Shown here: positions 20,721-60,420 of the stretch, piece after piece | Position numbering within the stretch: position 1 is the stretch's first letter | Layout of the letters: every line of letters begins with the position of its first letter | From: the human T2T-CHM13v2.0 reference genome, Homo sapiens | Length of the DNA stretch: 64,000 nt | Strand: one strand, 5' to 3' | NCBI RefSeq assembly: GCF_009914755.1 | Contig: NC_060932.1 | Notes under the pieces: model-generated | Told to the model about the DNA's origin: nothing | The model's input: the letters and a program-made list of their open reading frames with translations, nothing else | Databases searched by the model: none | Position numbers and translations under genes: made by a program

Positions 20721-22899
20721 TAGAAAATGATCAAATCTAAAATCTAAGCTAATTTCTATTTGAACTAAGAAAAATTGTTTTCCTTAAAAAAAAAAAAAAA
20801 CGCAGATAGGGTCAAAACCCAAGATGAGGCTGTCTTGGAAGCAGAGACAGCACACAGGAAGCCCCATCAGACACAAAGGAAGCCTATGAGACCAAACGTG
20901 GGGGCAGAAGACAGAAGAGCCGACAGCTCATTTGTTTCCCTGGGAGTTCCACTAACGAGTGGCAAGGATGGAGTGCTTGCCTCCCAGTGGGCTGCTGGGT
21001 GGAGAGGAAAGCCGAATAAAGCAAAGCCTCTCAAAGCAGGCAAAGCATGGTAAAGGCTGTAGTGGAAGTGCCAAGGGTCAAGTTAACTCATGAGAAAAGC
21101 TTCATGAAGGTGGCAATCCAGCTGGGCCCAAGCCAAAAGCGTAAGTAATCAGAATTAGAAACGGTGGAGGAGTCAACCCCTACTGAGACAGTTCGGGTTC
21201 TCAGCCTGAAGGAAAATGTGGAAGTTGGAGGTTGTGGAGTTTGTGGCTTAAGCCACAGCCCCCTCCTACACCTGGCCTTAGCTCCCAGGATACCTGCCCC
21301 CCACTGGGCCAGGCCACGGACTTCCCAAAGGGCAACCACATAAAGCACAGGACCTTCCACCACTCACACTTTCCAGACCTATCCCTGGCCACTATTTCTT
21401 CCCTCTGATGTCACAGGGCTCTGCATCTTGTCCCACCTCAGCAAAATTAGACCCCCTGGTTTCCCAAGAGATGTCATTTTTAACTCTTTTCTACAGGCGC
21501 CTGGAGCACAGGGCTTCCCAGAAGTCTGATTCAATGCTATTTTGAGCTGGGTTAGATTGGCAGAAATGAACCACCCACCCTTGGAAAAGTCACACTTGGG
21601 AAAAGACTGCCCCAGCAGAGGTGGACTGGGAGCTCTTTCTCAGCATGAGTTTGAATGGGGGTCATATGGAGCAAGGAGACGCTCACATAGTTTCTGCAAA
21701 GCTGTGCTGACAAATAGCTCTGGACAGATCCAGACCGGTTCTGTTCACCCAGCTGTTATGCCGCTTCTGCCTGCAAGATGAGAAAGACACCTCCCCTTCC
21801 CAGGTTGGCATCATTTATTGAACCATGGCTTTGGAAAGAACAACAAGTTCAAATCCCGGAAAGAAGCTGAGCGTGAATTCCAGCCGGAGGCCCACCAATG
21901 ACAGCCCTGTCTTGCTATCCTGGGGGGCATGGCATGGGTGGGCGGGGTGCGATGGGGTGGAGGGAAGGAAATCCAAGCACCTGTGGATGCTTACTGCCTT
22001 ACTCTGTCCTCCTGGCTCCACGTCACCCTTCCTTCCTGCCTGACGTGATCAGGGAAATCTGCGGGGTTAAAGAAGCTTCTAGAAGCCACTTAGTCCCCCT
22101 GCAGGTAGATGCTTTTTTTAAGGGTCTCTTGCTCACTTTGAGCATTCTAGAACCAGATGCAGCCTCTCAGAGTGGTTACCCAGCACCAACTCAGGGGCAG
22201 ACCATAGTGCCCAGCCTTGTTACAGCGAGGAAGGTGACTCTCAATGGACTGGGGCTCTTGAATTCCTTTACCCTCAGACATACATCCTTCCAACCCCATC
22301 ATCCCACGATGGTGACAGGGTCTGTGGTCAAGGGAGGGGGTCAGGTTAGGTCAGTGCAGTTCTTCAAGTCGGACCCCAAGCAGGCAGCACCAGTCCCCAA
22401 GAGTAGGGCTCGGCCAGAGCTGCTCCCATCAAAGGGAACTGGGTGGGGCCCTGTTATCCAGACACAAATATCTGCTGGGCCCCTGGGACCCAGGGTGTCC
22501 AAAGGTGGTTCTTTTCCTCCCTCAGAAACTTGGCCCAGGGCCTTTCCCAGCAAGTGCCTCCCCCTCCTCCCGCCCTCGGGTTCCCTTCCCAGCCACCCAC
22601 TCAGTGAGGGCTTCAGCACGTGGCTGTGTGGGGCGGCGGGTTTCCTCTCCGCCCCGGCAGCTCTGCAGAGGGTGGTTTTCGCCCTCTCTTCTCCCCCATC
22701 CCCCGTGACTTCTTGTAAAAGGCTCCGGCGTCCCCACCCACCTCCGCCCTCCCGCGGCTGCCAGACCTGTGCCCGCCCCCGCCTCCCCCGGAGGCCGCGC
22801 TCTCTCCCCGCCCCTGGCAGCGGGCTCTGCTTCGGAAACTGTTGACTCAGAGGGTGGCCGGGCGGCCAGCGTCTGATGTCAGCCTGGAGCTGGGCCAGG

Positions 22900-26258
<3,359 letters not shown>

Positions 26259-26599
26259 AAGAAAATGAAGGCGATTGTCAACAGCCTCTGGAAATACAGA
26301 GCAGGGTCCAGAAATGGCCCCTTCTTAGATGGCGGGCTGGACAGTGCTGCTCCTTCTTAGCCACTGGCGGCAGAAAGACAAAGCCTGGTAATTGTTCTTG
26401 GGATTCTCCCTGTCACCTCTCCTTGTAGGTCACAAGCTTCCTGATGCGACAGCCCGTGGGACTACTAGAAGGAAAGATACTCCTTTTCCCATTTTACAGA
26501 TCAGGAAACTGAGACTGGACAGAAACACCACCAGGATTGAACTGTGAATGGATCTGACTCCAACCCACAAATTCTTCACCTGGTCTCGAAAAGAGGCCC

Positions 26600-27300
26600 T
26601 GGCAACCTACTGCGCACCAGAGGGGAACCCGCCCGCCGTCCCAGGCCGGGCTCTCCCTGCTGCGGAGCGGCCCGGGCGCGGCGGGACAGGGAACGGAAGG
26701 AACGGGCTTGGCGCGCACTCGCCGAGGCCCAGGCAGGATTCGAGCGCCAGGGAGGCGCCCATTTCCCTTCCCCCGCGCCTGGGAACGCGGTGCTGGGGGC
26801 GGGGCCCGACCGCTGCCCCCTCCAAACGCCTCGACCGCCAGGTGCCCCGAAGCCCGGCCTCCCCTCCCACCCCCGCGCCTGTTCCCGGCGCAGCCCGAGC
26901 CGTGGCAGTCACGTCTCCCCATCCGGCCCCAAAGTAAGAGCCAGCCGCAGCCGCGCCGACCCCGCGCTGGGTGGGAGGGCGCGGGGAGGGCGGGGAGGGC
27001 GGGGAGGGCGCGGGGAGGGCGGGGAGGGCGCGGGGAGGGCGGGGCAAGGAGGTGAGGGGAGGGCGGGTTGCCCGGGCCCCGCCCGCTGCGCCCAGGTCGG
27101 CCGGGGAGAGGCGCGGGCGAGTCGCAGCGCCGCAACCACCGCCCCTGCCGGGCGCTCGGCGAGCGGGGGCAGGGCGGGGTGAGGCGTGGCCGGGGATGCC
27201 GCGAGGCCACGCCTCCAGGGCTGTGCGCGGGCGGGTGTTGCTGGGGAGAAAAGCGCGGCACGGCCCCGCCCGAGTCCTGCGGGCACAGCGCTCTCTGCTG
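26600..27300. promoter_or_regulatory. CpG island 2
   Basis: Dense CpG and GC boxes with a G-rich repeat core. Confidence 0.85.
26973..27044 (+). repeat. G-rich tandem repeat GGGGAGGGC(GC) x7
   Basis: Units read directly from sequence. Confidence 0.9.
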
Positions 27301-27645
27301 GTGTGGGTTGAGAACTGCATGAGACTAATTAAAGACCACCATCCACTTAAAAAAAAAAAAAACAACCTAATTCGAATCGGAACCTCACTGTGTTACTGTG
27401 AATATGCCTAATTACTATTCGTCAATTTTAAAAAATTAATACATTGAAATAAACTAAGAAAGAAAAACCTAATTCAATAATGTGTCATAGGCGTTGCAGT
27501 TTTGAAATGTGGAGAAGGAAAAAAGAAAAAGAATCACTCATCATACCTTTATCTAGAAAGAAGCACTTAGAATATTCGTGTCTGTCTTTCCAGGGCTTCT
27601 TATCTGCAAATCTATGCATGTATGCATTCTTTAGAGGATAAAAAA

Positions 27646-30190
<2,545 letters not shown>

Positions 30191-31244
30191 AATTTGCTTG
30201 CAAAACACCCAGCTGGACTCACTGTGGGTTACAAGCACGTTTAAGACTTGGTCTCTGAGAAACCAGTTGACTGCCACCTCAAGATCTTAACTTCTAAAAC
30301 ACAAAAATAGACCCACAAAGTCACAAAGCAATGTTTCTCAAAGCCACAGGGGAACTGCCTCCTACAGATAAAAAGATCCCTGCTTTGAGCCTGAATGAAT
30401 CAGCCAAGGCCCCCTTTCTTCCAACCAACCAACCCTAACCAGGTAAGCCCACCTCAACAACCTGACCCTACAAAAAACCCTTCCTAACCCTTTTATTGAG
30501 TGGCTCCGAAGGCTCACCCAACATGTGGGTTCCTTTGATGCATCAAAGTAAGCAAACTTGGCATTTTGTGGCCATAGGCACATCCTTAGTGGGCCTGACG
30601 TCTCCGACTTGAAGGAGTTGGTGGCCCACCTGGAACAGCCATGGCTTGAACTAAACATTTAACAATCCCTACACTTGAGCTGGGGTCTTCTGGAACATCC
30701 TCCCAAATCCCCACTGCCAGCCTGTACTGTACTTTGCTGGGGACTTGGAGAGTCAAAGGCTGTTGCTACTGAGGGAGGGGGAGGGCGGTTGGGGGAGGAG
30801 GGCTTTGGAAACGGGAGGGAAAGTGAGGCAGGAATCCCTTCTTCCTCCTGGCTCCTCCACAAAGGACTAGGGGCAGGGATGTAGAGATGCAAAGGTCAGG
30901 GAACCGGGGACACTTGTGACACTCAGAAGTGTGATAGAACATAAAAGCTTAATACTATGTGAAATCAACTCTGAACAGTGGGAAACTCAGCAATTGTTTG
31001 CTGCAACTTCCAAGGCACTATAGCAAATGTAATCCACAAGCGTCATCTAGTGGTACAATCTGTCAGTGTCGGCCAAGCCCTGAGCTCTGAGCGGCAGCTC
31101 TGCCGGGTGAGAAGTCTACACTCGGTGCCCAGAGGTCTAGGACCAAGATGGCCAGCCAGCCACATCTGCCAGGGACAGCATTCAGCCTAATTGCCTCGGG
31201 CATTCTGCTCTGCAGCGTAGAAAACAAGCCTCGAAGGGAACTCT

Positions 31245-31620
31245 GAGCTGGGACTATAGGCATGTCCCACCATGCCTGGCTAATTTTTTATTTTTGTATA
31301 TATATATAAAATATGTAATATATATAAATAATATATATAAATAGATCCCTGCAGATAATATATATATAATCTAATATATATATATAATCATATATATAAT
31401 CTAATATATAATCATATATATAATCTAATATATAATCTATATATATGTAAAATCATATATATATAATCTTATACATATATGTATAATCTTATATATATAT
31501 ATTAGAGATGGGGTCTTGCTGTGTTGCCCAGGCTGGTCTCAAACCCCTGGCCTCAAGCAATCACCCCTCCTCGCTCTCCCAAAGTGCTGGAATTACAGGC
31601 GTGAGCCACTGTGCCCGGCC
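31245..31620 (-). mobile_element. Partial Alu with AT-rich expansion in its middle linker
   Basis: Alu halves flank (TA)-rich sequence at 31296-31503. Confidence 0.85.
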
Positions 31621-32675
31621 AGAGCTGGGGATTTTTGGGGCACAGAACAAGCTGTGGTTGCTTGGTAAGTGACTGGGGTTGCGTGGGCATTACAGCTGTT
31701 GATGCCTGCCCAGCGTAGCATCCCAGATATGAGGGATATGAAGAGACAGTCTCACCTAATGTGTCGGATCGCCTGCGGTGCCAGCCGTTGTGATGGAGTG
31801 GGGCAGGCCTATCTCTCAGGTGGAACCAAGAACCCAGCTGGAAGGCTCTTGAAGCACACAGGGATAGAAGTGCCATGCGGCAGGGAATTGGGGCTATTTT
31901 GTTTGCTGCTGTCCTAGTGCTAGAATCGTGGATAGTGCCTGGCACCTAAATATTAAACCAAATAAAAACTCGTTGGCTGGATAAACGAATGAATGGATGG
32001 ATGAGAGTTAAAGCCCCCATCGGGCTGTGCTGTACAGGAGTCAAGGACTCAGAGGGGCTGAGGGATCTTGCGGGATGCTTCCCTTTGAAGGCCAACCAGA
32101 GCCTGGAAAGCTCAACCCCAGTCACACTCCAGACAAGACTGTGAAGGGAGAGTTTAACGCAGGTTAGCAACTTAATCCAGCCAGTTTCAGCAGCTTACCC
32201 TACAGCCACAAGGATAGTGGTCTGAGGGGAGATCCTGGTGGCAGAGACAGCAGTTGAAACTACTGAAATAGTCCAGGCAGGACGTGGGAGGGTGGAGCTT
32301 GCCAGGATCTGGAAGCAGGCATGGGCTCTGCCCACCCTAGGTACAGACCCTGGCCGGGCCGTTTGTGCCTTGTCATCAGGCTGAGGCTGAGAGAGGGGAA
32401 GGAGAGAACTGGGTGATGGGCCTCTGGTTGATGGTTTCGGGTTGAGTTATGGGAGAAAGAGATGAAGATGTTGAGGAAAAAAGGGGTCATTCGAATTAAA
32501 GAAATCTCATGGCTTCAGGCCCTGGGTGGGCCAGGAGCCTGGACCCTGGGCTCACCTTCTGCTAGAGGAGAGGTCACTGGAGGGTTGCAAAACAGCCACA
32601 CCCTCTGGAAGGGCCAGGCTCCTAAGTCATGGTGCAAGTGTCCCCAAGGGCTTACCTAAGGGCGAAGTGACTTCA

Positions 32676-32981
<306 letters not shown>

Positions 32982-32984
32982 TCA

Positions 32985-33173
<189 letters not shown>

Positions 33174-33754
33174 CTAGAAGGCAGTGCCACACAATATTAA
33201 GGCAGGAGTCTGTTAGAAAGCTGTCAGGGGATTTTTAAAAATAGCTTTTATATACTTTATTGCTGGAATTTTGATCATTTAAAAGATTTTATAATGGGGA
33301 AAAAACAACGATCTAACTTTATAGGGAAACAAAGAAGACAAAAGAGAGCAGGAATGCAATGGGAGCTTGAAAATGAGAGGAGAGTTCGAGACCAGCCTGG
33401 GACACGTAGCAAGACCCCATCTCTACAGAAAAAAAAACCATGTTTTTAAATTAGCCAGGTGTGGTTCTGCACACCTATGGTACCAACTACTCGGGAGGCT
33501 GAGGTGGGAAGATCGCCTGAACATGGGAGGTCAATACTGCAGTGAGCTGTGATGATGCCACTAACCTCCAGCCTGGGTGACAGAGCAAGTATCCATCTCA
33601 AAAAGAAAGAGAGGAATGAAGGAAGGGAGGGAGAGAGGGAAGGAGGGAAAGGGAAAGGAACAGTGACTGAGAAGGGCTGGGAGTGGACGTGCAGGGGCCA
33701 GTCAGGGGTCAAGGGTCAATACAGTGCTTCTGTTCCGAATGACCAAACATACTT

Positions 33755-34160
33755 GTTATGGACTGTGTCCCCATCAAAATTCATACACTGAAATCCCAAC
33801 CACCAGTACATCAGAATGTGAACTTATTTGGAAATAGGGTCATTGCAGATGTAATTAGTCCAATTAACATGAGGTCATTAAGGTGAGAACAAGTCCAATA
33901 TAACCAGTGTCATAAAAAGAGGAAATTTGGAGAGACTCATACAGTGTGCAGGGAGAAAAGCATGTGAACATGAAGATGGCCACCTACAATCCAAGGAGAG
34001 AGGCCAGGAACGGAGGCTTCCCTGAAAGCCCTAGAGAGAACCAACCCTGCTGACCATTTGGACTTCTGGTCTCCAGAGCTGTGAGACACATTTCTGATGT
34101 TTAAGCCACCCAGTTTAAAGTTTGTGTATTGTTTGGGCAGCCCTAACAAGCTAGTACACA
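33755..34160 (+). mobile_element. MLT1-family LTR
   Basis: tgttatggactg...ttatttggaaatagggtcattgcagatgtaattag...gcagccctaacaagctagtaca. Confidence 0.8.
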
Positions 34161-34419
34161 CATCAGCAGAAACCGTGGTTCTGACCTTGTTAAGCAGACA
34201 ACGTGGCATAGGCTTTTTTTAAATTTTTACCTTTTTTTTCGAGACACGGTCTCCCTCTGTAGCCCAGGTTGTAGTGCAGTGGTGCCATCAGAGCTCACTG
34301 CAGCCTTGAACTCCTGAGCTGAAGTGTTCCTCCCACCTCAGCCTCTCAAAGTGCTAGGATTATGGGCACCCGGCCTCCCAACTTTTTTCTTTTAATGATT
34401 GGAAAACGGCACCACGGTT

Positions 34420-34700
34420 GCATGTGCAGGTCCCATGTACCCATTCCCCTGCTACCGGCACTGTCAGCTGCTGCAGACTCGCAGTTGTAGCTCATGGCTG
34501 CATTCTTCACTGGAAATCAGCATATAACTGTGTCCATCACTGGGAACTAGCCTCTGTCACAGGGACGGCTTGCCCAAGGTTATGCCTCCTTGAAAGGAGT
34601 GGCCTGTAGCCAATGACTGGCTAATGCTGGGATAAAGTCCCAGCTGTCCTGTCTCAGTTTGGTTCAACTCTGAAGGGCCATCCCAGCTCCAGAACTCCCA
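34420..34700 (+). mobile_element. LTR16-like ERVL LTR fragment
   Basis: cccaaggttatgcc...agccaatgactggc...tctgaagggccatcccagctccaga. Confidence 0.55.
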
Positions 34701-35091
34701 TACAAACCCTAGATGGTGCCAATAGTTCTTGCGGAAGTGGTAAAAATGACAGCTTCAGCAGTTACACGCACAATACTACATGATTAATGATAACTGTGGA
34801 GTTGATCACTCTCTTCAGGTTTGTAGGGTTTTTAAATTTGAAAATAACAGTGAACAAAAATTTTAAAAGTGCTGAAGACACAGAGCTTCACAGAATGTTT
34901 TGTGTCTGGGTTTTCCATCTGAATGGAACTTCCTATAGGCAATTCAAAATGTGGGTGAAATCTGAGTGATGTACTGTAGGATCATGGGGAAGAGACCGGA
35001 TCCAGAGCCAGCCTGCCGGGCTACAATCCTAACTCTACCACTTACTCCTAGCTATCTATAACAATTTTTAATTTTATTTTAAAATATTTTA

Positions 35092-35373
<282 letters not shown>

Positions 35374-36324
35374 TCAAAAAACAAAAATTAAAAAAATATA
35401 TTAAATATTTTTATTTAACATAGAGATGGGTTTCACCATGTTGCCTAGGCTGTCTCAAATTCCTGGGCTCAAGTGACCTGCCCACCTTGGCCTCCCAAAG
35501 TGCTGGGATTATAAGGTGTGAGCCACCCCGCCTGGCCTATATGACCTTCTTAAGGTCTGTAAAATGGGGCCATGAGTCTCTATTTCATAGGATGGTTCTG
35601 AAGATTGAGTTCATGTAGAAGACTAAACAGGTTACTAACCAAAGCCCTTGAACAGTGCCAGAAACAGTGTTGCAATGGTTGCATGATCCTGCAGTCCCCT
35701 AGCTGGGCAATGGAACTTCCTTGCTGCTATTATTATACAATTACAGTAATGTTGGTCTTCTCATTCATGCCACAGTACAGCACAGAGCTTACAGTTAAGG
35801 AAATAGGAGTCCTCTGCTTTTTAAAGAGGTCAACATCAGTTCAGTTTTCTTATCACCCATTACCCATCCGGGCCTATGGCCATAAGTGTAAGAACATAAA
35901 GATTGAAGGTCAAACCTTGAAATAGCTAAAAGATTTGGGTCATATAGATAAGGCATATCAAGAGATACTTATTTGACCCCTTGAAAGGCTTGACATTGGT
36001 AACCTTGCCACACCTACTACTTCACTCCTCTAATACCTTACCTTCAGGAAGGGTCCTTGCTGCTTTTCCTAAAAGATCTCTTCACTTTCGACTTAAAAGA
36101 TGTATATAAAGACCTGCTTTTCCCATGTCTTAGCTTGAGGTTATATACACAAGAAAAGCCAACGATTAGTTTCTACCTTGAATGAATAAAGGCCTAGGAA
36201 CAGAGAGATTCAAAGCAAGGATTTTACTCAACACTTCATTACCAGCAACTCTATTCCCCTTATGAAATTTACAGGCAGAACTAAAGGTCGGAACTAAGTT
36301 ATTAGTAGTATAACCCATTGTTAC

Positions 36325-36655
36325 TCTGGGAAACTTAATCCCCATTGCAACGGTGTTGAGAGGTGGGCTCATTAAGGGGTGATTATGTGATTATGTCATG
36401 AGGGCTCTGCCCTCATCAGTAGATTAATGTAATTATCTCGGCAGTGGGTCAGTTATTGTGCGAGTGGGCTTGGTCCCCATCTTGCTCTCTTCCCCTTCTG
36501 CCTTCCACCATGGGATGACACAAGAGGGCCCTCACCAGATGTGGGCCCATCAGCCTCGGACTTCTCAGCCTCTAGAACTGTAAGAAATAAGTTCCTTTAT
36601 ATACATTACCCAGTCTGTGGTATTGTGTTATAGCAACACAAAGTGAACCAAGACA
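36325..36655 (+). mobile_element. MST-family MaLR LTR
   Basis: ggaaacttaatcccc...catgagggctctgccctc...ttacccagtctgtggtattgtgttatagcaacaca. Confidence 0.8.
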
Positions 36656-36729
36656 CCCTACCATCTGACAATTCACAAGCTGCAACCCTTCCACTTCCTC
36701 AAACTGTGGGTCTTCTTCAAGGTAAAGTG

Positions 36730-36922
36730 CTACATTGATTGTAATATTTGTGTATTTCTTTACCATTTAACGCGTGCAAACTGTACTCCATTTTTAATTA
36801 GTTTCTATCAGTTTTGTAATGTTGCACTGACAAAGTTTGAGTGCTGTGCCTGAACCCCATTTTTTCAATTTGTACAATTTCACATAGTGATTTTTAGGAA
36901 AGCATATGTCAAGTTATAGCAA
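36730..36922. mobile_element. Tigger-like DNA transposon fragment
   Basis: aaccccatttt...gtgatttttaggaaagcatatgtcaagttatagca resembles a Tigger end. Confidence 0.4.
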
Positions 36923-37125
36923 TACATAAAAGGGAGTGGTAGCATCATGCCAATTGGAAAGGACAGCACCATTTTCCTCCTCAATGTGAACTTCTCATAA
37001 GCTCTGCACTACTATTCCCTTCCCTGACTGACCTCCTATACATTGGTCCCAAATCCTCAGTCATTTGGGGCAATATGCAGCTAATGTTACCTAAACCCTT
37101 TTTTAACATTTAAAAATGATGTCTG

Positions 37126-41926
<4,801 letters not shown>

Positions 41927-42549
41927 TTACTACGATTTTCCATCTGGGAAAACCGAAGCACAAAAGGGTTAGGTGACTAGCCTATGTTCATACAGACAGT
42001 AAATGGCAGAGGCAGGATTTGAGTCAAGCAGACTGGAGGCAAGGTCTACACCTTTAACCACCACCCTATACTAGTGCATTGCCTGAATAATTAAGTAAAT
42101 CTTTGAATTTAAAGTTACTCCCCAAAATATTAAGTCACCCAGTTAACTAAAGTGTTCAAAGAACAAAGAGATGATGCTTTTCATTTCAGCAGAGTTCAGA
42201 AGACTTCTTAAGGCCAAGACAGGTTAGGAAACTAAAATATATACTCTAAAAAGAAGAAAAAAGGAATTAAGCAATGTGTGGCTTCTCTAACCCAGTATTT
42301 CCATTTAATGGTATTAATGCCCATATTTACTTGGAATAAATCTAGCTTAATTTGTCAATCTATTCATTTAGTCCGGGTTTTAAATTGTTAGGAGGCTAGT
42401 GAACTGAAGTGTCTAGAAAAGGCTGTCCTGGAAACAGTGCTCACATATATACTGGACTTTACCAAAATTTCACTGTTCTATATATAACTTCCAGCATTTT
42501 TTAGCAGAATCAATTTTCTTTCTAATAAAGCAAGATTGTTAATACACAT

Positions 42550-44813
42550 AAAGCTGATATGTAAAATTTTACCTCTATTTCAGATAGAAGCCAAAGTAAA
42601 ACATGAGGAATAAAAACATTTATCTATGTATTCAGAATCACACACAAGTTACCTTTACAGTTCAATTTACTATATAGAAATCATTGGGTTTTATATTTGC
42701 AGTTAACTTTTGAACTGAGATTACAATATTATAACAAAAAACTTTACATTAATTCAGAACTTTTTAGCATACCAAATTGAAATACATAGGTTCAAATTTC
42801 AGATTTATGGCAAACAGTCTTCAAATACAATACAGACATTTCTTAAAAGTTACCGTATCATTCACATGTGATATTTGCAACTCTGAGCTATTTCATATAG
42901 AACAGCTCTCCTGCAGATATGGCAAAGTTGATATGCCATGAAGTTCAAGGCCTGTATAGTCAAGCCAAGGACTCAAAGTTGCACCATCTTTAAAAAGGTT
43001 TGGCATTTCTGGACCACAACAGTGCACAACATGTAAAGAAGGTAGGAAACAGTTCCCCCTCCTTGTTAAATGGTTAAAAAAAGTTACATGGTAGCTTGGA
43101 ATTTTGCATAAAACCCCATAATATACCTTGGAAAAGTCCAAGGGCAATTTGATGGCAATGGATTGGGGCCCTATATATATATATTTTTAATAGAACCCAT
43201 GAGATTTAAATGGGCATTAATCAAATCAAAAAATATTAAGCACCTACTGGTTTAAGAGATTTAAATTTATTAGAGATTCATGATCAATTTCTTTCCACCT
43301 CGAAATCAAGGTGTAAAAACCAGCTATTAAGTGCATTCCAAACTTCTCCTATGTAGCACAGGTAGAATTTTCTGTCCATTGGCACCAAAGTGAAGTCACA
43401 TTTCCTCTTGGGAGACAGAAATTCCACACCTGAACACAGAGTAAGTTAGGAAAAAATGACCCCTGTTGTTTATTACTATTGTGATTCTGAGATCTAGGAT
43501 TTCTAATATACTAGCAGTAAACAAAGCAAATTCCTGGCAACAACTGTCAGGTTAGTGATGCTAACTCCCTTCCCCCAACCACCATAAAATTTTAGTAAGA
43601 AAAGAATTAAAAGTAATGACTAAGCAGAACAAATTGGAAATAACAAGAAACTAAGGGGACAGTTCAAACCAACAACAAAAAATCCTAAATTTGAAATCAC
43701 TGCAACTGAAGATAATAAGTGTGCTTCACCCCAACCCCCATCCCAACTCTGAATTTAAACATTCCGTGCAAAAGAGCAACAGGTTTCTGGATAAAGATGT
43801 AGCCCTTCTTTAAGTTTTAGTGCTCTGCAGTTTTCTGCAATTTTATTTCCCTCCCCCCAAGTTTATTCAAAGTATTTAACAGAATCTTCCATTTCAGCCA
43901 AAAGATTGTGATTCAAAGATTTACTAAGGTACTCTATGCATTCTATCTATACAGAAACACCTATTTATTATTACAGTTGATTTATGCAGGATTAACATTT
44001 TTGGTGTTAAAATTGTTAAACATCATGCTTACTGCACATCAACTCTCCATAATGAATCTGAACTTCACAATGATTTACCAAACACTTTACTTAAATTACT
44101 AATTAAATAAATGAAAAATGCACCGAGCCAAACAAAACTTAACTGGGCTATAAAGAAAAAAACCCTTCAAAACAGTCCATATACACATCTATTTCAAAAC
44201 TACCTTTGCTAGCTAGCCCCTTTCCCAAAGTTTTAGCCTGAAAAAACAGTAAAATCTACACAAAATTTTATTGCAATCATACAAGGGTTACATTAGGTCA
44301 ACAAATACTATGATGCAATTTTACATTTATTAAACTACAGTTCAAAGCACAAATTTACACATTCTAAATACACTAAACGTTATCTAATGAAGTCACACTG
44401 GTCTTCTAACATTTGATATATCTGGGTGAAAGACATGAACTTTACAAGACTTTAAACACAAATCCTTAGTATAAAAACTGTGTTCTTGTATGTAAACGAT
44501 TTAATGGGGAACCCAATTAATGGGCTTCCATCTCCACTAAGTCATCCATTTTGTTGCATATTTTATTTTAAACGCTTAAGGGGTAGGACAAACTGGTAGG
44601 TTTAAATCTGGATACATTATCTAAATCTCCCATTATCCCCAATGAATTATAGATGAAAGCTGATTTTGTCTGGTCCCAAATAGCTATTACTAATAGTTTT
44701 TGTTGCCAAAAGAATTAAGAGAATAAGATTGTTTAAATTATTTTTCCACACTGGAATGTTGACCAGACAAGCTTAACCTGCAACTTCAGATCTAAAGAAG
44801 CGTTAATGCCTGT
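42550..44813 (-). other. AZIN1: AZIN1 long AU-rich 3' UTR (distal end approximate)
   Basis: About 2.2 kb of AT-rich sequence after the stop with no recognisable interspersed repeats. The distal end is inferred from a GATAAA variant (42619-42624) followed by U-rich sequence, and from recalled transcript length. Confidence 0.7.
44240..44331 (-). terminator. Candidate proximal polyadenylation site of AZIN1
   Basis: Minus-strand AATAAA at 44331-44326 and 44272-44267, followed by TTTTGTGTAGATTTTACTGTTTTTT (GU/U-rich). Confidence 0.6.
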
Positions 44814-59894
<15,081 letters not shown>

Positions 59895-59989
59895 CTCAGC
59901 CGTATTCCACAAAGCCGAAAGTCATAAACCAGGAAAGACAAGAGACGGGCCACCAAGCCTATGTCTGGGTCCTTAGAATATGCAACAAA
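59895..59989 (-). other. AZIN1: AZIN1 exon 3 5' UTR part
   Basis: Acceptor tattttgacag| at 59990-59991, then 95 nt to the ATG. Confidence 0.85.
59896..59925 (-). promoter_or_regulatory. AUG u[12 protein letters not shown] in AZIN1 leader
   Basis: ATG ACT TTC GGC TTT GTG GAA TAC GGC TGA, then one G, then the main ATG. Confidence 0.8.
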
Positions 59990-60420
59990 CTGTCAAAATA
60001 TAAGTTATATAAAAGTCTGTATTATTTCAATAGACATAATGTACGAGTCAATGAAAGTGTGCTAAGTGCCTAATTTAGTGAGGAATTTACGCAATTTTAC
60101 AATTTCAGAAACATCAGATTATTAATTTCCTTTAACGCCCATTTAAAAAAGCAAATACATGAATTAAAATACATTTACCCAAAAAGGTCAATATAATTTG
60201 AAGGGGTAACTCACATATATACACAATGTATTACAAGCCTATATGGTCACCTTACTTACAGAGTTGCAGACCCAATCTGTATTATTATCTTGTTTTGCGT
60301 TCCTATAACACACATAATTTTACCCATTTTAAGAGTAAAGAAAGCTAGTGAAATAAGTATCTGCATCCAAGAAATCAAAATACCAGTCTCAACTTCCAAT
60401 ATACTGTCAGCCACGTATTA

